Origin: an uncultured Halobacteriales archaeon
GTDB lineage: Archaea > Halobacteriota > Halobacteria > Halobacteriales > SKSH01
Assembly (NCBI GenBank): GCA_964639975.1
Contig: CAZXER010000009.1
Coordinates: 1 to 56,665 of the forward strand
Direction of reading: 5' to 3'
Length of the DNA stretch: 56,665 nt
The translations under genes and the position numbers were made by a program. This document shows positions 18,530 through 29,265 of this stretch, piece after piece. The notes beneath the pieces are model-generated. The model was not told the origin of the DNA. It searched no databases and saw only the letters and a list, made by a program, of their open reading frames with translations. Positions within the stretch are counted from its first letter, which is position 1. Every line of letters begins with the position of its first letter.

Positions 18530-20179
18530 ATGCCCGAAGAGTTCCGGACGGGATACGACCCGTCCCTGGGAAACAAATTCGTTTTCGTCACTGGCGGCGT
18601 GATGTCCGGTCTCGGCAAGGGGATTACCTCCGCGAGCATCGGTCGGCTGCTCACGAACGCCGGCTTCGACGTCACCGCGGTCAAGATCGATCCGTACCTC
18701 AACGTCGACGCTGGCACGATGAACCCGTTCCAACACGGGGAGGTCTACGTGCTCAAAGACGGGGCGGAGGTCGATCTCGATCTCGGCAACTACGAGCGCT
18801 TTCTCGATATCGACATGACGGCCGATCACAACATCACGACCGGCAAGACCTATCGCCACGTCATCGAGAAGGAACGCGCCGGTGACTACCTCGGTCGGAC
18901 GGTTCAGATCATCCCGCACATCACCGACGATATCAAACGTCGCATCCGGGAGGCGGCCGAGGGGACCGACGTCTGCCTCGTCGAGGTCGGGGGGACCGTT
19001 GGCGACATCGAGGGGATGCAGTTCCTCGAGGCACTCAGGCAGTTCGCCCACGAGGAGGACCCAAATGACGTGTTGTTCGCCCACGTGACGCTCGTCCCGT
19101 ACTCGAAGAACGGCGAGCAGAAGACCAAACCGACCCAACACAGCGTCAAGGAGCTGCGCTCGATCGGGTTACAACCCGACATCCTCATCGGCCGATCGGA
19201 GGACCGACTCGAGCCATCGACACGGGAGAAGATCGCGCTCTTTTGTGACGTCGAACCTGGCGCGGTCTTCTCGAATCCGGATGTTGAGGACATCTACCAC
19301 GTCCCGCTCGTCCTCGAGGACGAGGGACTCCACGAGTTCGTCATGGCACATTTGAACCTCCACGACCAGGCGGATTCACCCGGTGATCGCGATACCTCCT
19401 GGCGCAAGGTCGTCACCCGCAAGCCGGATGCCGAGGTTGACATCGCATTGGTTGGCAAGTACGGCCTCGAGGACGCCTACATGTCGATCCATGAGGCGCT
19501 CAAACACGCCGGCTTCGAGCTCGGTGTCGACGTGACGACCCACTGGGTCGCCAGCGATGAGATGACCGACGCGCACAACGAGCGGTTGCACGAGGCGGGA
19601 GGCGTCATCGTGCCGGGTGGCTTTGGCAGCCGAGGTACCGAGGGAAAGATCGCCGCGATCGAGTACGCCCGTACTGACGGCGTGCCCTTCCTCGGTCTGT
19701 GCCTCGGCTTCCAGATGGCCGTCGTCGAGTACGCCAGGAACGTGCTGGACCTCGAGGGCGCCCATTCGACCGAGGTCGATTCAGATACCGACCATCCAGT
19801 GATCGATCTCCTGCCCGAACAGGAGGACCTCGACGATATGGGTGGGACGATGCGCCTCGGTGCGCACGAGACCAATATCGAGGCCGGGACCCGTGCGGAG
19901 GAGATCTATGGCGGGACGAGCTGCATCGAACGGCACCGACATCGGTATGAGGTCAATCCGGAGTATATCGACGATCTGACCGATGCCGGTCTGGTCTTCT
20001 CTGGCTGGTGTGGTCCTCGGATGGAGATTTTAGAGCTCCCCGACCACCCGTTCTTCGTCGGGACCCAGTTCCATCCGGAGTTCCGATCGCGTCCGGGACG
20101 GGCGAGCCCACCGTTCGTCCACTTCCTCGACAGCGTGCTGGCCGAGCAGAAGCAACCTGCTGGAGGCGTCGAACTGTAG
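18530..20179 (+). CDS. pyrG: CTP synthase
   Basis: [56 protein letters not shown]. Start moved to MPEEFRT. Confidence 0.98.
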   Translation: MPEEFRTGYDPSLGNKFVFVTGGVMSGLGKGITSASIGRLLTNAGFDVTAVKIDPYLNVDAGTMNPFQHGEVYVLKDGAEVDLDLGNYERFLDIDMTADHNITTGKTYRHVIEKERAGDYLGRTVQIIPHITDDIKRRIREAAEGTDVCLVEVGGTVGDIEGMQFLEALRQFAHEEDPNDVLFAHVTLVPYSKNGEQKTKPTQHSVKELRSIGLQPDILIGRSEDRLEPSTREKIALFCDVEPGAVFSNPDVEDIYHVPLVLEDEGLHEFVMAHLNLHDQADSPGDRDTSWRKVVTRKPDAEVDIALVGKYGLEDAYMSIHEALKHAGFELGVDVTTHWVASDEMTDAHNERLHEAGGVIVPGGFGSRGTEGKIAAIEYARTDGVPFLGLCLGFQMAVVEYARNVLDLEGAHSTEVDSDTDHPVIDLLPEQEDLDDMGGTMRLGAHETNIEAGTRAEEIYGGTSCIERHRHRYEVNPEYIDDLTDAGLVFSGWCGPRMEILELPDHPFFVGTQFHPEFRSRPGRASPPFVHFLDSVLAEQKQPAGGVEL

Positions 20180-20183
20180 GACC

Positions 20184-21101
20184 ATGGACGATCCAGCGAC
20201 ATTCATCGAGGAGGCGACCGCAGAGATCGCCTCGAAGATCGGCGATCGAAACGCATTGATCGCGCTCTCCGGTGGCGTCGATTCCTCCGTCACCGCCGAG
20301 CTCACCCATCGGGCGGTCGGCGATCAGCTCACGCCGGTGTACGTCGACACCGGGTTGATGCGCAAGGGGGAGACCGACCAGATCCAGGAGACGTTCGGCC
20401 ACATGGCCGACCTTCACGTGATCGATGCCCAGGAGGCCTTCCTCGAGGCGCTCGAGGGCGTAACCGATCCCGAGGGGAAGCGCCACGTCATCGGCGAGCA
20501 GTTCATCCGGACCTTCGAGTCGGTCGCAACTGACATCGAGGCCGACGTCCTCGTGCAGGGGACGATCTATCCCGATCGCATCGAGAGCGAGGGGAACATC
20601 AAGTCCCATCACAACGTCGGCGGACTGCCAGATATCGTCGACTTCGAGGAGATCGTCGAACCGGTCCGTGAGCTCTACAAGGACGAGGTCAGACAGGTGG
20701 CCCGCGAGCTCGGCCTCGAAGCGATCATCTCAGAGCGAATGCCCTTCCCCGGCCCCGGGCTGGCGGTGCGCGTCATCGGCGAGGTCACCGAGGAGAAGCT
20801 GCACATCGCGCGCGAATCGACGGCCATCGTCGAGGACGAACTCGCCGAGTACGACCCGTGGCAGGCGTTCGCGGCGGTGCTGTCGAAAGGGACCGGCGTC
20901 AAGGGTGACAACCGCGTGCATGGCTGGATCGTGGCGGTCAGATCCGTCGAGAGCCGCGACGGGATGACCGCCCGGGCCCAGCAACTCGACTGGGAGACGC
21001 TCCAGCGCATCCAGAGCCGTATCACCGGCCAGCTCGAGGATGTCGCTCGCGTCGTCTACGACGTGACCCACAAACCACCGGCAACGATCGAATATGAGTG
21101 A
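20184..21101 (+). CDS. guaAb: GMP synthase subunit B (ATP pyrophosphatase)
   Basis: [54 protein letters not shown]. Confidence 0.96.
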   Translation: MDDPATFIEEATAEIASKIGDRNALIALSGGVDSSVTAELTHRAVGDQLTPVYVDTGLMRKGETDQIQETFGHMADLHVIDAQEAFLEALEGVTDPEGKRHVIGEQFIRTFESVATDIEADVLVQGTIYPDRIESEGNIKSHHNVGGLPDIVDFEEIVEPVRELYKDEVRQVARELGLEAIISERMPFPGPGLAVRVIGEVTEEKLHIARESTAIVEDELAEYDPWQAFAAVLSKGTGVKGDNRVHGWIVAVRSVESRDGMTARAQQLDWETLQRIQSRITGQLEDVARVVYDVTHKPPATIEYE

Positions 21102-21435
21102 CGTCATCGTCGTTGGTTCCGACGAACACGGCCTCACCGACCGCTTCACTGCGGCGGGTCTCTCGGCGACACACCTCGAGGGCCAGCCCATCGGAGCCGA
21201 TCTCGAGGCCGGTGGTATCGAGGAGGCCGGCGCGATCGTCGTGACCGAGGCGTCACTCGCGACTATCATCGCCGTCGCCAAGGAGCAAAACGATGCCATT
21301 TCGGTCGTGCTGTACTCGACTGGTCGCCTCCCACCGTATGCCAGTGCCCAGGCCGACCTGGCGATCGACCCCGCGCTCGTCGATCCCGAGGAGGTCGTCT
21401 CTGCCGTCGTCGACCGCCTCGCCGATCGGCCGTAG
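21094..21435 (+). CDS. Small conserved haloarchaeal Rossmann-like protein downstream of guaAb
   Basis: 113 aa, acidic, overlaps guaAb stop by 8 nt, alpha/beta pattern ([19 protein letters not shown]). Confidence 0.7.
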   Translation: MSDVIVVGSDEHGLTDRFTAAGLSATHLEGQPIGADLEAGGIEEAGAIVVTEASLATIIAVAKEQNDAISVVLYSTGRLPPYASAQADLAIDPALVDPEEVVSAVVDRLADRP

Positions 21436-21482
21436 GCCCCGGCTTCCAAAGCATTTTGCCGCCCCACTCGAAGCTTCCGCAC

Positions 21483-22514
21483 ATGGACGCAGTTCAGTTC
21501 TTGGAGCACGGTGATCGGGAGGTCATCGAGTATGGCTCGTATCCCGACCCTGAGCCAGGCCCACACGAGGTGCTCTTCGAGGTGAAGGCGGCCGCGATGA
21601 ACCACCTCGACATCTGGACGCGCCGTGGGCTCCCCGGTATCGATCTCGAGTTGCCACACGTCCCCGGTAGCGACGGCGCAGGGATCGTCCGGGAGGTCGG
21701 CGAGCACGTCAGTCGCTTCGAGCCGGGCGACCGGGTGGCATTGCTATCTGGCGTCTCCTGTGGGACGTGTGAATTATGTCGGAACGGGCAGGATTCCTTG
21801 TGTGAGCGGTACTACATCATCGGCGAACACACCCAGGGCGTCGAGTCCGAGTTGGCGGCCGTCCCCGAGGAGAATCTGACGCCGGTGCCGGCGGACGTCG
21901 ACTGGGCAACGGCGGCCGCGACCCCGCTGGTCTTCATGACCGCCTGGCGGATGCTCATCACCCGCGCTGGGGTCGATCCGGGGGAGGTGGTCCTCGTCCA
22001 CGGTGCCACCGGCGGCGTCGGCCACGCGGCAGTCCAGATCGCGAAGCACGCCGGGGCGACGGTGTTCGCGACGGGCGGCACCGACGAGAAGCTCCAGACC
22101 GTCGAATCGCTCGGGGCCGATCGGGTGATCAACTACGAGACCGACTCGTTCAAGGAGGTCATCAAGTCGGAGACGGACGGCCGGGGCGTGGATGTGGTCG
22201 TCGACCACGTCGGTGAGGCCACCTGGGAGGACTCCATCAAGTCGCTCGTCAAGGGCGGGACGTTGGTCACCTGCGGTGCCACGACCGGCGGTCGGCCGAC
22301 GATCAACGTCAATCGCGTATTCTGGAACCAGCTCGACATCCTCGGGTCGACGATGGCGACCCTCGGCGAGGCGGAGGACGTGCTGGCGTTGGTGTGGGCT
22401 GGCGACATCGAGCCGGTGATCCGGGCCGATCTCCCCATGTCTGAGGCGGCCGAAGGGCACCGATTGATTGAGGAACGCGAGGGCGTCGGCAAGGTCGTCC
22501 TCCGGCCCGATTGA
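21483..22514 (+). CDS. MDR-family NADPH:quinone oxidoreductase / zinc-binding dehydrogenase
   Basis: MNHLD, PGSDGAG, structural Zn lobe CGTCELCRNGQDSLC, HGATGGVG, GKVVL. Confidence 0.9.
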   Translation: MDAVQFLEHGDREVIEYGSYPDPEPGPHEVLFEVKAAAMNHLDIWTRRGLPGIDLELPHVPGSDGAGIVREVGEHVSRFEPGDRVALLSGVSCGTCELCRNGQDSLCERYYIIGEHTQGVESELAAVPEENLTPVPADVDWATAAATPLVFMTAWRMLITRAGVDPGEVVLVHGATGGVGHAAVQIAKHAGATVFATGGTDEKLQTVESLGADRVINYETDSFKEVIKSETDGRGVDVVVDHVGEATWEDSIKSLVKGGTLVTCGATTGGRPTINVNRVFWNQLDILGSTMATLGEAEDVLALVWAGDIEPVIRADLPMSEAAEGHRLIEEREGVGKVVLRPD

Positions 22515-22518
22515 ACCG

Positions 22519-22731
22519 ATGGATCGCTCGCGCTGGGTGGAGTGGGGCGTCGTCGCCGCCATCGTGGGAGCGTTCGTCGTCATCCCGGCGATCATCATCT
22601 GGCAGCCACCGCAGCTTCCCTTCCGGGTCGCCTTCTTGATTCTGCCGTTGGTACCGGCAGTGGTCCTCGCGTTCATCGCGCTGTGGTTTGCGCTACGACA
22701 ACGCGATCAGCGCGACGCAGACGGGCTGTAA
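22519..22731 (+). CDS. Small two-TM membrane protein
   Basis: 70 aa MDRSRWVEWGVVAAIVGAFVVIPAIIIWQPP...FLILPLVPAVVLAFIALWFAL, starts 4 nt after previous stop. Confidence 0.7.
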   Translation: MDRSRWVEWGVVAAIVGAFVVIPAIIIWQPPQLPFRVAFLILPLVPAVVLAFIALWFALRQRDQRDADGL

Positions 22732-22790
22732 CCGGTGCGCTTCGGCGGTAATGCGAACCCTTAGGGTCGAAGACCGGATCATCCAGTGAT

Positions 22791-23687
22791 ATGGAACCGG
22801 TCGCCGCCGAGGCGGACGAGGTCAGGTTCGCCTACGACGATGTGCTGGCCGTCGATGGCGTCTCCATGTCGATCCCCGAGGGAACCGCCGCAGCGCTGTT
22901 GGGTCCCAATGGCGCGGGGAAGACGACGTTCGTCCGACTGTTGACCGGGTCGCTCTCGCCCGATGCTGGCGCCATCGAGCTCTACGGCGAGGCACCGTCG
23001 AACGGTGATCGCGAGCGCATCGGTGTGTTACCCCAATCGTTCACGCCGCCAGAACGCCTCACGCCTCGCGAGTTACTCGCGTACTACGGTGGACTGTACG
23101 ACCACGCTCGACCGGTCGATGCCCTCATCGACGAGCTCGGCCTCGAGGAGGCCGCTGATCGCCAGTACCGACGCCTGTCTGGCGGGCAACAGCGACGATG
23201 CTGTCTGGGTATCGCGCTGATCAACGACCCCGACTTCCTCGTCCTCGATGAACCGACCGCCGGCATCGATCCCGGTGGCAAACGTGACATCTGGCAGTAC
23301 CTCCCGGCACTCGTCGAATCGGGTACGACATTGCTCGTCACGACGCACGATATGGTTGAGGCCGAGCGTCTGGCCGATCGCATCGGCTTCTTCCACGAGG
23401 GGCAACTGCTGGCGTTCGATACCGCCGAGGCGCTCGTCAGCGAGCACCTCGGGCACCGTCGACTGCTCATCGACAGCGCCGATCCCGAGGCAATAGCGGC
23501 CGAACTCGATGGGGCAACGATCCATGACGGGACTGTCATCGTCGACGCGGTCGACCAGGGAGAGCTGTCTGACCTCGTCGATCGGGCCCTCGATGTGGGC
23601 GTCGATATCTCCGCACTCCGGTGGGAACAACCGCCACTTGAGGAGCTGTTCACCACGATGGTCGATCCAGCGGGGGGTGACCCATGA
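22791..23687 (+). CDS. ABC transporter ATP-binding protein (ABC-2/DrrA type)
   Basis: GPNGAGKTT, LSGGQQRR, LVLDEPT, TTHD. Confidence 0.95.
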   Translation: MEPVAAEADEVRFAYDDVLAVDGVSMSIPEGTAAALLGPNGAGKTTFVRLLTGSLSPDAGAIELYGEAPSNGDRERIGVLPQSFTPPERLTPRELLAYYGGLYDHARPVDALIDELGLEEAADRQYRRLSGGQQRRCCLGIALINDPDFLVLDEPTAGIDPGGKRDIWQYLPALVESGTTLLVTTHDMVEAERLADRIGFFHEGQLLAFDTAEALVSEHLGHRRLLIDSADPEAIAAELDGATIHDGTVIVDAVDQGELSDLVDRALDVGVDISALRWEQPPLEELFTTMVDPAGGDP

Positions 23688-24427
23688 GTCACCTGGGTCG
23701 ACTCCGGGCCGAATCGGTCGCCGAGTACCGGTCGTTCCTCCGCAACCGCACGGCCCTGTTTTTCACGTTTATCTTCCCGATCCTCATCGTCGGCGCCTAC
23801 GTCGCGATGTTGCGAGCCGGTGATGGCACGTTCCTGGGCGAACCGGCGTCGTACTTCCTGCCTGGCTACCTGGCGCTGGTGTTCGTCTTCACGCCGCTGT
23901 CTCGTATCGATGGGTCCGTCCCTCGCGATCTGGCGGCGGGGCGCCTCGAGAAGCTCTCGACCACGCCGCTTCGTCCGTTCGAATGGCTGCTCGCGAGGAC
24001 GGTCGTCACCGGCGTACTGGCGATGGTTCCCGCCATCGTGATCATCACGATCGCCGTCGTGGCCACCCCGGTGACGGTGACGCTGTCGCCGTGGCTCGTT
24101 CCCCTCAGCGTGGCACTCGTCGTGACCTTCGCTGGTATCGGGGCGATCATCGGTCGCATCAGCGATTCAGAGGATGGGGCGATCGCCATCGGCAACGCCG
24201 TGGGCTTCCCGCTGGTGTTCTTCTCGGAGACGCTCGTCCCGGTCGACGTCATCCCGACCTCGATGCAACCCGTGCTTGAGCTCTCACCGGTCACACACTT
24301 CGCTCGTGCCTCGCGAACCGTCTTCCAGGGCGGAACACCGGATGAGGTCACCCTCGCCATCGTCGCTATCGTCGCGGTGGTCTCGTTCTACCTCGGCGTC
24401 CGATTGCTCCCGACCGTCCGGCAGTGA
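23684..24427 (+). CDS. ABC-2 type permease
   Basis: 6 TM helices, ALFFTFIFP, LEKLSTTPL, LSPVTHF. ATGA-coupled to the ATPase. Confidence 0.9.
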   Translation: MSHLGRLRAESVAEYRSFLRNRTALFFTFIFPILIVGAYVAMLRAGDGTFLGEPASYFLPGYLALVFVFTPLSRIDGSVPRDLAAGRLEKLSTTPLRPFEWLLARTVVTGVLAMVPAIVIITIAVVATPVTVTLSPWLVPLSVALVVTFAGIGAIIGRISDSEDGAIAIGNAVGFPLVFFSETLVPVDVIPTSMQPVLELSPVTHFARASRTVFQGGTPDEVTLAIVAIVAVVSFYLGVRLLPTVRQ

Positions 24428-24441
24428 ACTAACTGCGACGA

Positions 24442-25032
24442 TCACACGGCGAGCTCTGCCCCGACGACGTGATTCAAGATCAGATACGCCCCGATCCCGA
24501 GGAGGAGGCTCACGAGCCAGGCGGTCGCTGCGATGCGGCCGACCTGTGGATGTCTGGTGGCGCCGATTCGGTTGATGGGTGTGCTCAACGCCAGGATGAG
24601 GACGAACACGACGAGTGGCACGGCGATCATCGACAGGAGGATGTGGATCGCGAGCATGACGATGTAGGCTCCACTGAGCAGCACGTCTGGATCGCCAGCC
24701 AGGGCCTTCTGACCACCGCCACCGATGCGGGTGAGGTAGAGGATAAGGAAGGCGAGGATGGTGAGGGTCGCGACCACCATCGCGCCGGCGTGTTTTCGAA
24801 TCTGGCGCTGTTTGATCCAGTACAAGCCGGCGACGATCGAGACGACGGTGATGGCGTTGACCACCGCCGTTGCGTGTGAGAGCGCATCGATCGTCCCACG
24901 ACCGAGCTCGGGATAGATCGGAATGGCATCGTAGAACGTCCCAAGCACGATGGCGTAGGCCACCAGCGTGATCGCTACCGTTGCCCAGACTGGATTGATT
25001 CCGGCAAGCAGGAGTCGGCGCTCACTCGACAT
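24442..25032 (-). CDS. DUF420 family membrane protein
   Basis: LSHATAVVN, HAGAM, FLILYL, MLAIHILLS, HPQVGRIAATAWLVSLLLG. Confidence 0.8.
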   Translation of the reverse strand: MSSERRLLLAGINPVWATVAITLVAYAIVLGTFYDAIPIYPELGRGTIDALSHATAVVNAITVVSIVAGLYWIKQRQIRKHAGAMVVATLTILAFLILYLTRIGGGGQKALAGDPDVLLSGAYIVMLAIHILLSMIAVPLVVFVLILALSTPINRIGATRHPQVGRIAATAWLVSLLLGIGAYLILNHVVGAELAV

Positions 25033-25154
25033 TGCCGACGCTTCGGGTGGGTGTCCAAAGAGCGTTTCCGGTCGACCGCGTCCGCTTCACCGGCACATCC
25101 CCAGCTTTCACGCCTTCGTAACTGTGATACCATCAGCGCAGTAATCCATCCACC

Positions 25155-25571
25155 ATGAGCGCTGACGCGAGACAACAAACCATCCGGTGTCTGGTGGCCA
25201 AGGTCGGCCTCGATGGCCACGACCGAGGGGCGCACGTGATCGCCAGAGCGTTCCGCGACGCGGGGTTCGAGGTCGTCTATTCGGGGCTCCATCGGGCGCC
25301 CGAAGAGATCGTCCAGGCAGCGATACAGGAGGACGTCGACGTCCTTGGCATCTCGATCCTCTCGGGTGCACACAACACCCTCATTCCGGAGGTCATCGAG
25401 GGCCTCGACGAGTACGATGCGATGGACGATGTCCTCGTGGTCGTCGGCGGCGTCATCCCCGATGACGACGAGGAGTACCTCAAGGAACACGGGGTCGCCG
25501 AGGTGTTCGGACCCGGAACGAGCATCCAGGAGACGATCGAGTTCATCAGGGACAATGTACCCGAGCGATGA
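25155..25571 (+). CDS. mmcB: Methylmalonyl-CoA mutase cobalamin-binding subunit
   Basis: AKVGLDGHDRG (DxHxxG), SILSGAH, VGGVIP, FGPG. Confidence 0.95.
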   Translation: MSADARQQTIRCLVAKVGLDGHDRGAHVIARAFRDAGFEVVYSGLHRAPEEIVQAAIQEDVDVLGISILSGAHNTLIPEVIEGLDEYDAMDDVLVVVGGVIPDDDEEYLKEHGVAEVFGPGTSIQETIEFIRDNVPER

Positions 25572-26536
25572 CACAGACGCCGACGACCCTCCTCGAGGAC
25601 ATCACGGCCGGTGACCAGCGAGCGCTGGCTCGGGCGATCAGCATCATCGAGGATCGCCGCGATGGGTATCGCGATCTCGTCTCGACCCTCCATCACGAGT
25701 CGACCGGTGCGCACGTCATCGGCGTGACCGGTAGCCCGGGTTCGGGCAAGTCCACGCTGGTGGATCGACTCACCGCGCACTACCGCGAGCGCGACGAGAC
25801 GGTGGGTATCATCGCGATCGATCCCTCCTCCCCCTACTCGGGTGGGGCCGTCCTCGGCGATCGGATCCGGATGGGTGCGGCCGTCGGGGATGACGGCATC
25901 TTCGTCAGGTCGATGAGCACCCGAGGGAGCCTCGGTGGGCTGTCGACGGCGACGGCCGATGCCGTCAAGGTGCTCGACGCGGCTGGCAAGGATCGGATCA
26001 TCATCGAGACCGTCGGGGCCGGCCAGAACGAGGTTGATGTCGTCAAGACGGCCGATTCGGTCCTCGTGTTGGTCCCGCCCCAAAGCGGGGATTCGGTCCA
26101 GATGCTCAAAGCAGGCATCCTCGAGATCGCCCACCTCTTCGTGGTCAACAAGGCGGACCTGGCTGGGGCCGATCGTATCGTCCGCGATCTCCGCGAGCTG
26201 ATCGAGTTGGCACCGTCATCGACGGGGGATGAGGAAGGGGGGTGGACGCCCGAGATCGTCGAGACGGTCGCCTCCCAGGGCGAGGGAATCACGGAGCTCG
26301 CAACCGCCATCGATGACCACCTCACGTTCCTCGATGAATCCGGACTGCGAGCCGAACAGGAGCGTCGGCGATACGCCGAGGAGATTCGGACGCTCGTGCG
26401 AGACGAGCTCGGCAGGATCGCTGAGGAGGCCTTCGACCGCCATGGCGGCCTCGAGGCCCTCGCAGAGGACGTACGAACCCGCGAGACGGACCCGTATTCG
26501 GTGGCCGCAGAGATACTCGAACCACTCACGGAGTGA
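25568..26536 (+). CDS. meaB: Mutase-associated GTPase metallochaperone MeaB
   Basis: GVTGSPGSGKSTL, DPSSPYSGGAVLGDRIRM, IETVGAGQNE, KAGILEIA, VNKAD. Confidence 0.95.
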   Translation: MTQTPTTLLEDITAGDQRALARAISIIEDRRDGYRDLVSTLHHESTGAHVIGVTGSPGSGKSTLVDRLTAHYRERDETVGIIAIDPSSPYSGGAVLGDRIRMGAAVGDDGIFVRSMSTRGSLGGLSTATADAVKVLDAAGKDRIIIETVGAGQNEVDVVKTADSVLVLVPPQSGDSVQMLKAGILEIAHLFVVNKADLAGADRIVRDLRELIELAPSSTGDEEGGWTPEIVETVASQGEGITELATAIDDHLTFLDESGLRAEQERRRYAEEIRTLVRDELGRIAEEAFDRHGGLEALAEDVRTRETDPYSVAAEILEPLTE

Positions 26537-26590
26537 TGATAGAATCGGGACGTGCATTCATTGCTGGCGAGTCTCTACTATCGAAGATAG

Positions 26591-27532
26591 ATGCGCATCC
26601 GTCGTCTCCTCGTCGTGCTCGGGACCGCCATCGCCGCGATCATCGGTCTCGATGCCCTCCTGACCCGGCTGGCTGGCCCGCTCCCACCGGCGATCGCCGG
26701 TGCGAGTGACACCGTCGATACCGATGGCACCACGGTTCACGTCGTCGAGGCAGGACCGAGTGACGGCGATCCGATCGTCTTCGTCCACAGCCCCTACATC
26801 GGTGCGTCCGCTCGCGAATTCGCCGCCCTCGCCACAGAACTGGCCGAGGAGTATCGGGTGATCCTCGTGGATCTGCCTGGGTTCGGCCGGAGCACTCCCA
26901 GCGATGGCATCGACGACAGCGAGGTGCATGCCGACGCGATCGCCGCCGTCATCGAGGAGGTCTCCGACGAACCGACCGTCATCGCGAGCGGACAGTCCTA
27001 CCCAGCGGCACTTGCGGCCTGTGAACGGACGGCCGTCGAGCAACTGATCGCCATCGGCCCGCGGACGGCCCGGCGCTCACCAGCGGCGTTCACGGCGGCC
27101 GTGTTGGAGACGCCCATCATCGGGACGGCACTCCATCTCGCGTTGACCTCGAAACCCCTGCTGGCCACACAGTTGGCGGGTGAGTTTGAGGTCTCGAGCG
27201 GGAGTATTTCGCCCGATTTCCTCGCTTACACCTGGAAAAGTGCCCACCAACCTGGTGCACGCGATTCCTTCGCTACCTGGCTCGGTGGCGATCTCGATAC
27301 GATCGACGAGCTCGAGGCACTCGCTGGTGACGCAGCCGTTGAGCAAGCGTTCGTCGTCGGGGAAGCAAGTGGCTCTCCCTCGCCCGAGTCGGTTCGTGCC
27401 GCCGCGTCAGCAGCCGGGGCATCGGTGTCCCTCGTGAGCGGATGTACGGCGTATCCTCACCTGCAGGCGCCTGAGGCGATCGCCGATCACCTGCGCGAAT
27501 CTACTATGTTAGCGCGGACGCAGCCGATCTGA
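26591..27532 (+). CDS. Membrane-anchored alpha/beta-hydrolase fold protein with degenerate active site
   Basis: N-terminal TM helix, VDLPGFGRS, C-terminal YPHLQAPE. Nucleophile elbow reads ASGQS. Confidence 0.8.
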   Translation: MRIRRLLVVLGTAIAAIIGLDALLTRLAGPLPPAIAGASDTVDTDGTTVHVVEAGPSDGDPIVFVHSPYIGASAREFAALATELAEEYRVILVDLPGFGRSTPSDGIDDSEVHADAIAAVIEEVSDEPTVIASGQSYPAALAACERTAVEQLIAIGPRTARRSPAAFTAAVLETPIIGTALHLALTSKPLLATQLAGEFEVSSGSISPDFLAYTWKSAHQPGARDSFATWLGGDLDTIDELEALAGDAAVEQAFVVGEASGSPSPESVRAAASAAGASVSLVSGCTAYPHLQAPEAIADHLRESTMLARTQPI

Positions 27533-27540
27533 CCAACCGA

Positions 27541-29241
27541 TCACGCGACGCCGATCTCCTCTCGGTAGGTGCCGTGGATCTCCTTGAAGACGCCCATGAT
27601 CTCGCCCATCGTCGCGTAGGCCTTGACGGCCTCGACCATCGGTGGGATGGTGTTCTCTCCGGCGAGTTCGGCCTCACGGATGTCCGAAAGCGCCGCCTCG
27701 ACGGCGTCCTCGTCGCGCTCACCTCTGACCGACTCGAGGCGCTCGTGCTGGAGGCGTTCGACCTCCGGTTCGACCTTGAGTAGCTCGGGGCTGGTGTCCT
27801 CGTCGATGGTGTACTTGTTGACCCCGACGACGACCTCTTCCTCCCGCTCGACGCGCTCTTGGTACTCGTAGGAGGCCTCCTGGATCTCGCGCTGGAAGTA
27901 GCCCCGCTCGATGCCGTTCAGGACCCCATCGCGCATCGAGCCGTCGCCCATGGAGCGGATCTCCTCGAGGTACGCCAGTGCCTCCTCCTCGATCTCGTTG
28001 GTCAGCGACTCGACGGCGAAGCTCCCGCCGAGTGGGTCGATGATGTCGGCCACGCCAGATTCCTCGGCGATGACCTGCTGGGTTCTGAGCGCAACCCTGA
28101 CGGCCTGCTCGCTCGGGAGGGCGTGGGCCTCGTCGTAGCTGTTGGTGTGCAGGCTCTGGGTGCCACCGAGGACCGCCGCGAGGGCCTGTATCGTCGTTCG
28201 GGTGACGTTGTTGAGGGGCTGCTGGGCGGTGAGGCTCTGGCCGGCCGTCTGGGTGTGGAACTTGAGGCGGCGACCCTCGTCGCTCGTGGCGTCGTACCAC
28301 TCGGCCATCTTCGACGCCCAAATCCGTCTGGCGGCGCGGAACTTCCCGATCTCCTCGAAGAACGAGTTGTGGCAGTTAAAGAAGAACGAGAGCCGCGGCG
28401 CGAATTCCTCGAGTTCGAGGCCGCGATCGAGCGCGTCCTCGACGTACGCGAAGCCGTCCGCAAGCGTGAAGGCGAGCTCCTGGATGGCGGTCGAGCCGGC
28501 CTCACGGATGTGATACCCCGAGACGGAGATCGGATGGAACTTCGGCGTCTCCTCGGCGGCGAACTCGACGACGTCCGTCACCAGCTTGAGCGACGGATCC
28601 GGTGGCACGACCCACTCCTTCTGCGCGATGAACTCCTTGAACATGTCGTTCTGGAGGGTGCCCCTGATCGCCTCACGGTCGACGCCCTGCTGGTCGGCAA
28701 GGGCGACGTACATCGCGTAGATGACCGGGGCGCTCGGGTTGATCGTGAAGCTCGTCGAGACCTCATCCAGGTCGATCCCATCGAAGATGATCTCCATGTC
28801 GCGCAACGAGTCGACGGCGACGCCTTCCTTGCCGACCTCCCCCCGGGCCATGCGGTCGTCTGAATCGATGCCCATCAGTGACGGCATGTCGAAGGCGGTC
28901 GAGAGGCCGGTCTGGCCCTCCTGGATCAGGTAGTGAAACCGTTCGTTCGTCTCTCGTGGCGTCCCGAACCCGGCGAACTGTCGCATCGTCCACAACCGCC
29001 CACGGTGCATCGTCGGGTAGACACCGCGGGTGAAGGGCTCCTCGCCCGGAAACCCGAGATCCTCCTCGTAGTCGAGGTCGGCGACGTCATCCGGCGTGTA
29101 CAGGCGGTCAACCTCGAGGTTCGAGACGGTGGCAAAGCGCTCCTTTCGCTCGCCATAGGCCTCCAACACAGGCTCGAGGCGCTCGTGTTCCCACGACTCG
29201 CGACCCTCCCGGATGGCCTCAAGGTCGTCTTGGTCGTACAT
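27541..29241 (-). CDS. mmcA: Methylmalonyl-CoA mutase large (substrate-binding) subunit
   Basis: PFTRGVYPTM, WTMRQFAGFG, GLSTAFD, QNDMFKEF, SVSGYHIREAG, SLHTNSYDEA, DPLGGS. Confidence 0.96.
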   Translation of the reverse strand: MYDQDDLEAIREGRESWEHERLEPVLEAYGERKERFATVSNLEVDRLYTPDDVADLDYEEDLGFPGEEPFTRGVYPTMHRGRLWTMRQFAGFGTPRETNERFHYLIQEGQTGLSTAFDMPSLMGIDSDDRMARGEVGKEGVAVDSLRDMEIIFDGIDLDEVSTSFTINPSAPVIYAMYVALADQQGVDREAIRGTLQNDMFKEFIAQKEWVVPPDPSLKLVTDVVEFAAEETPKFHPISVSGYHIREAGSTAIQELAFTLADGFAYVEDALDRGLELEEFAPRLSFFFNCHNSFFEEIGKFRAARRIWASKMAEWYDATSDEGRRLKFHTQTAGQSLTAQQPLNNVTRTTIQALAAVLGGTQSLHTNSYDEAHALPSEQAVRVALRTQQVIAEESGVADIIDPLGGSFAVESLTNEIEEEALAYLEEIRSMGDGSMRDGVLNGIERGYFQREIQEASYEYQERVEREEEVVVGVNKYTIDEDTSPELLKVEPEVERLQHERLESVRGERDEDAVEAALSDIREAELAGENTIPPMVEAVKAYATMGEIMGVFKEIHGTYREEIGVA

Positions 29242-29265
29242 ATCAATGGGGTTACGCCGGCTTGG

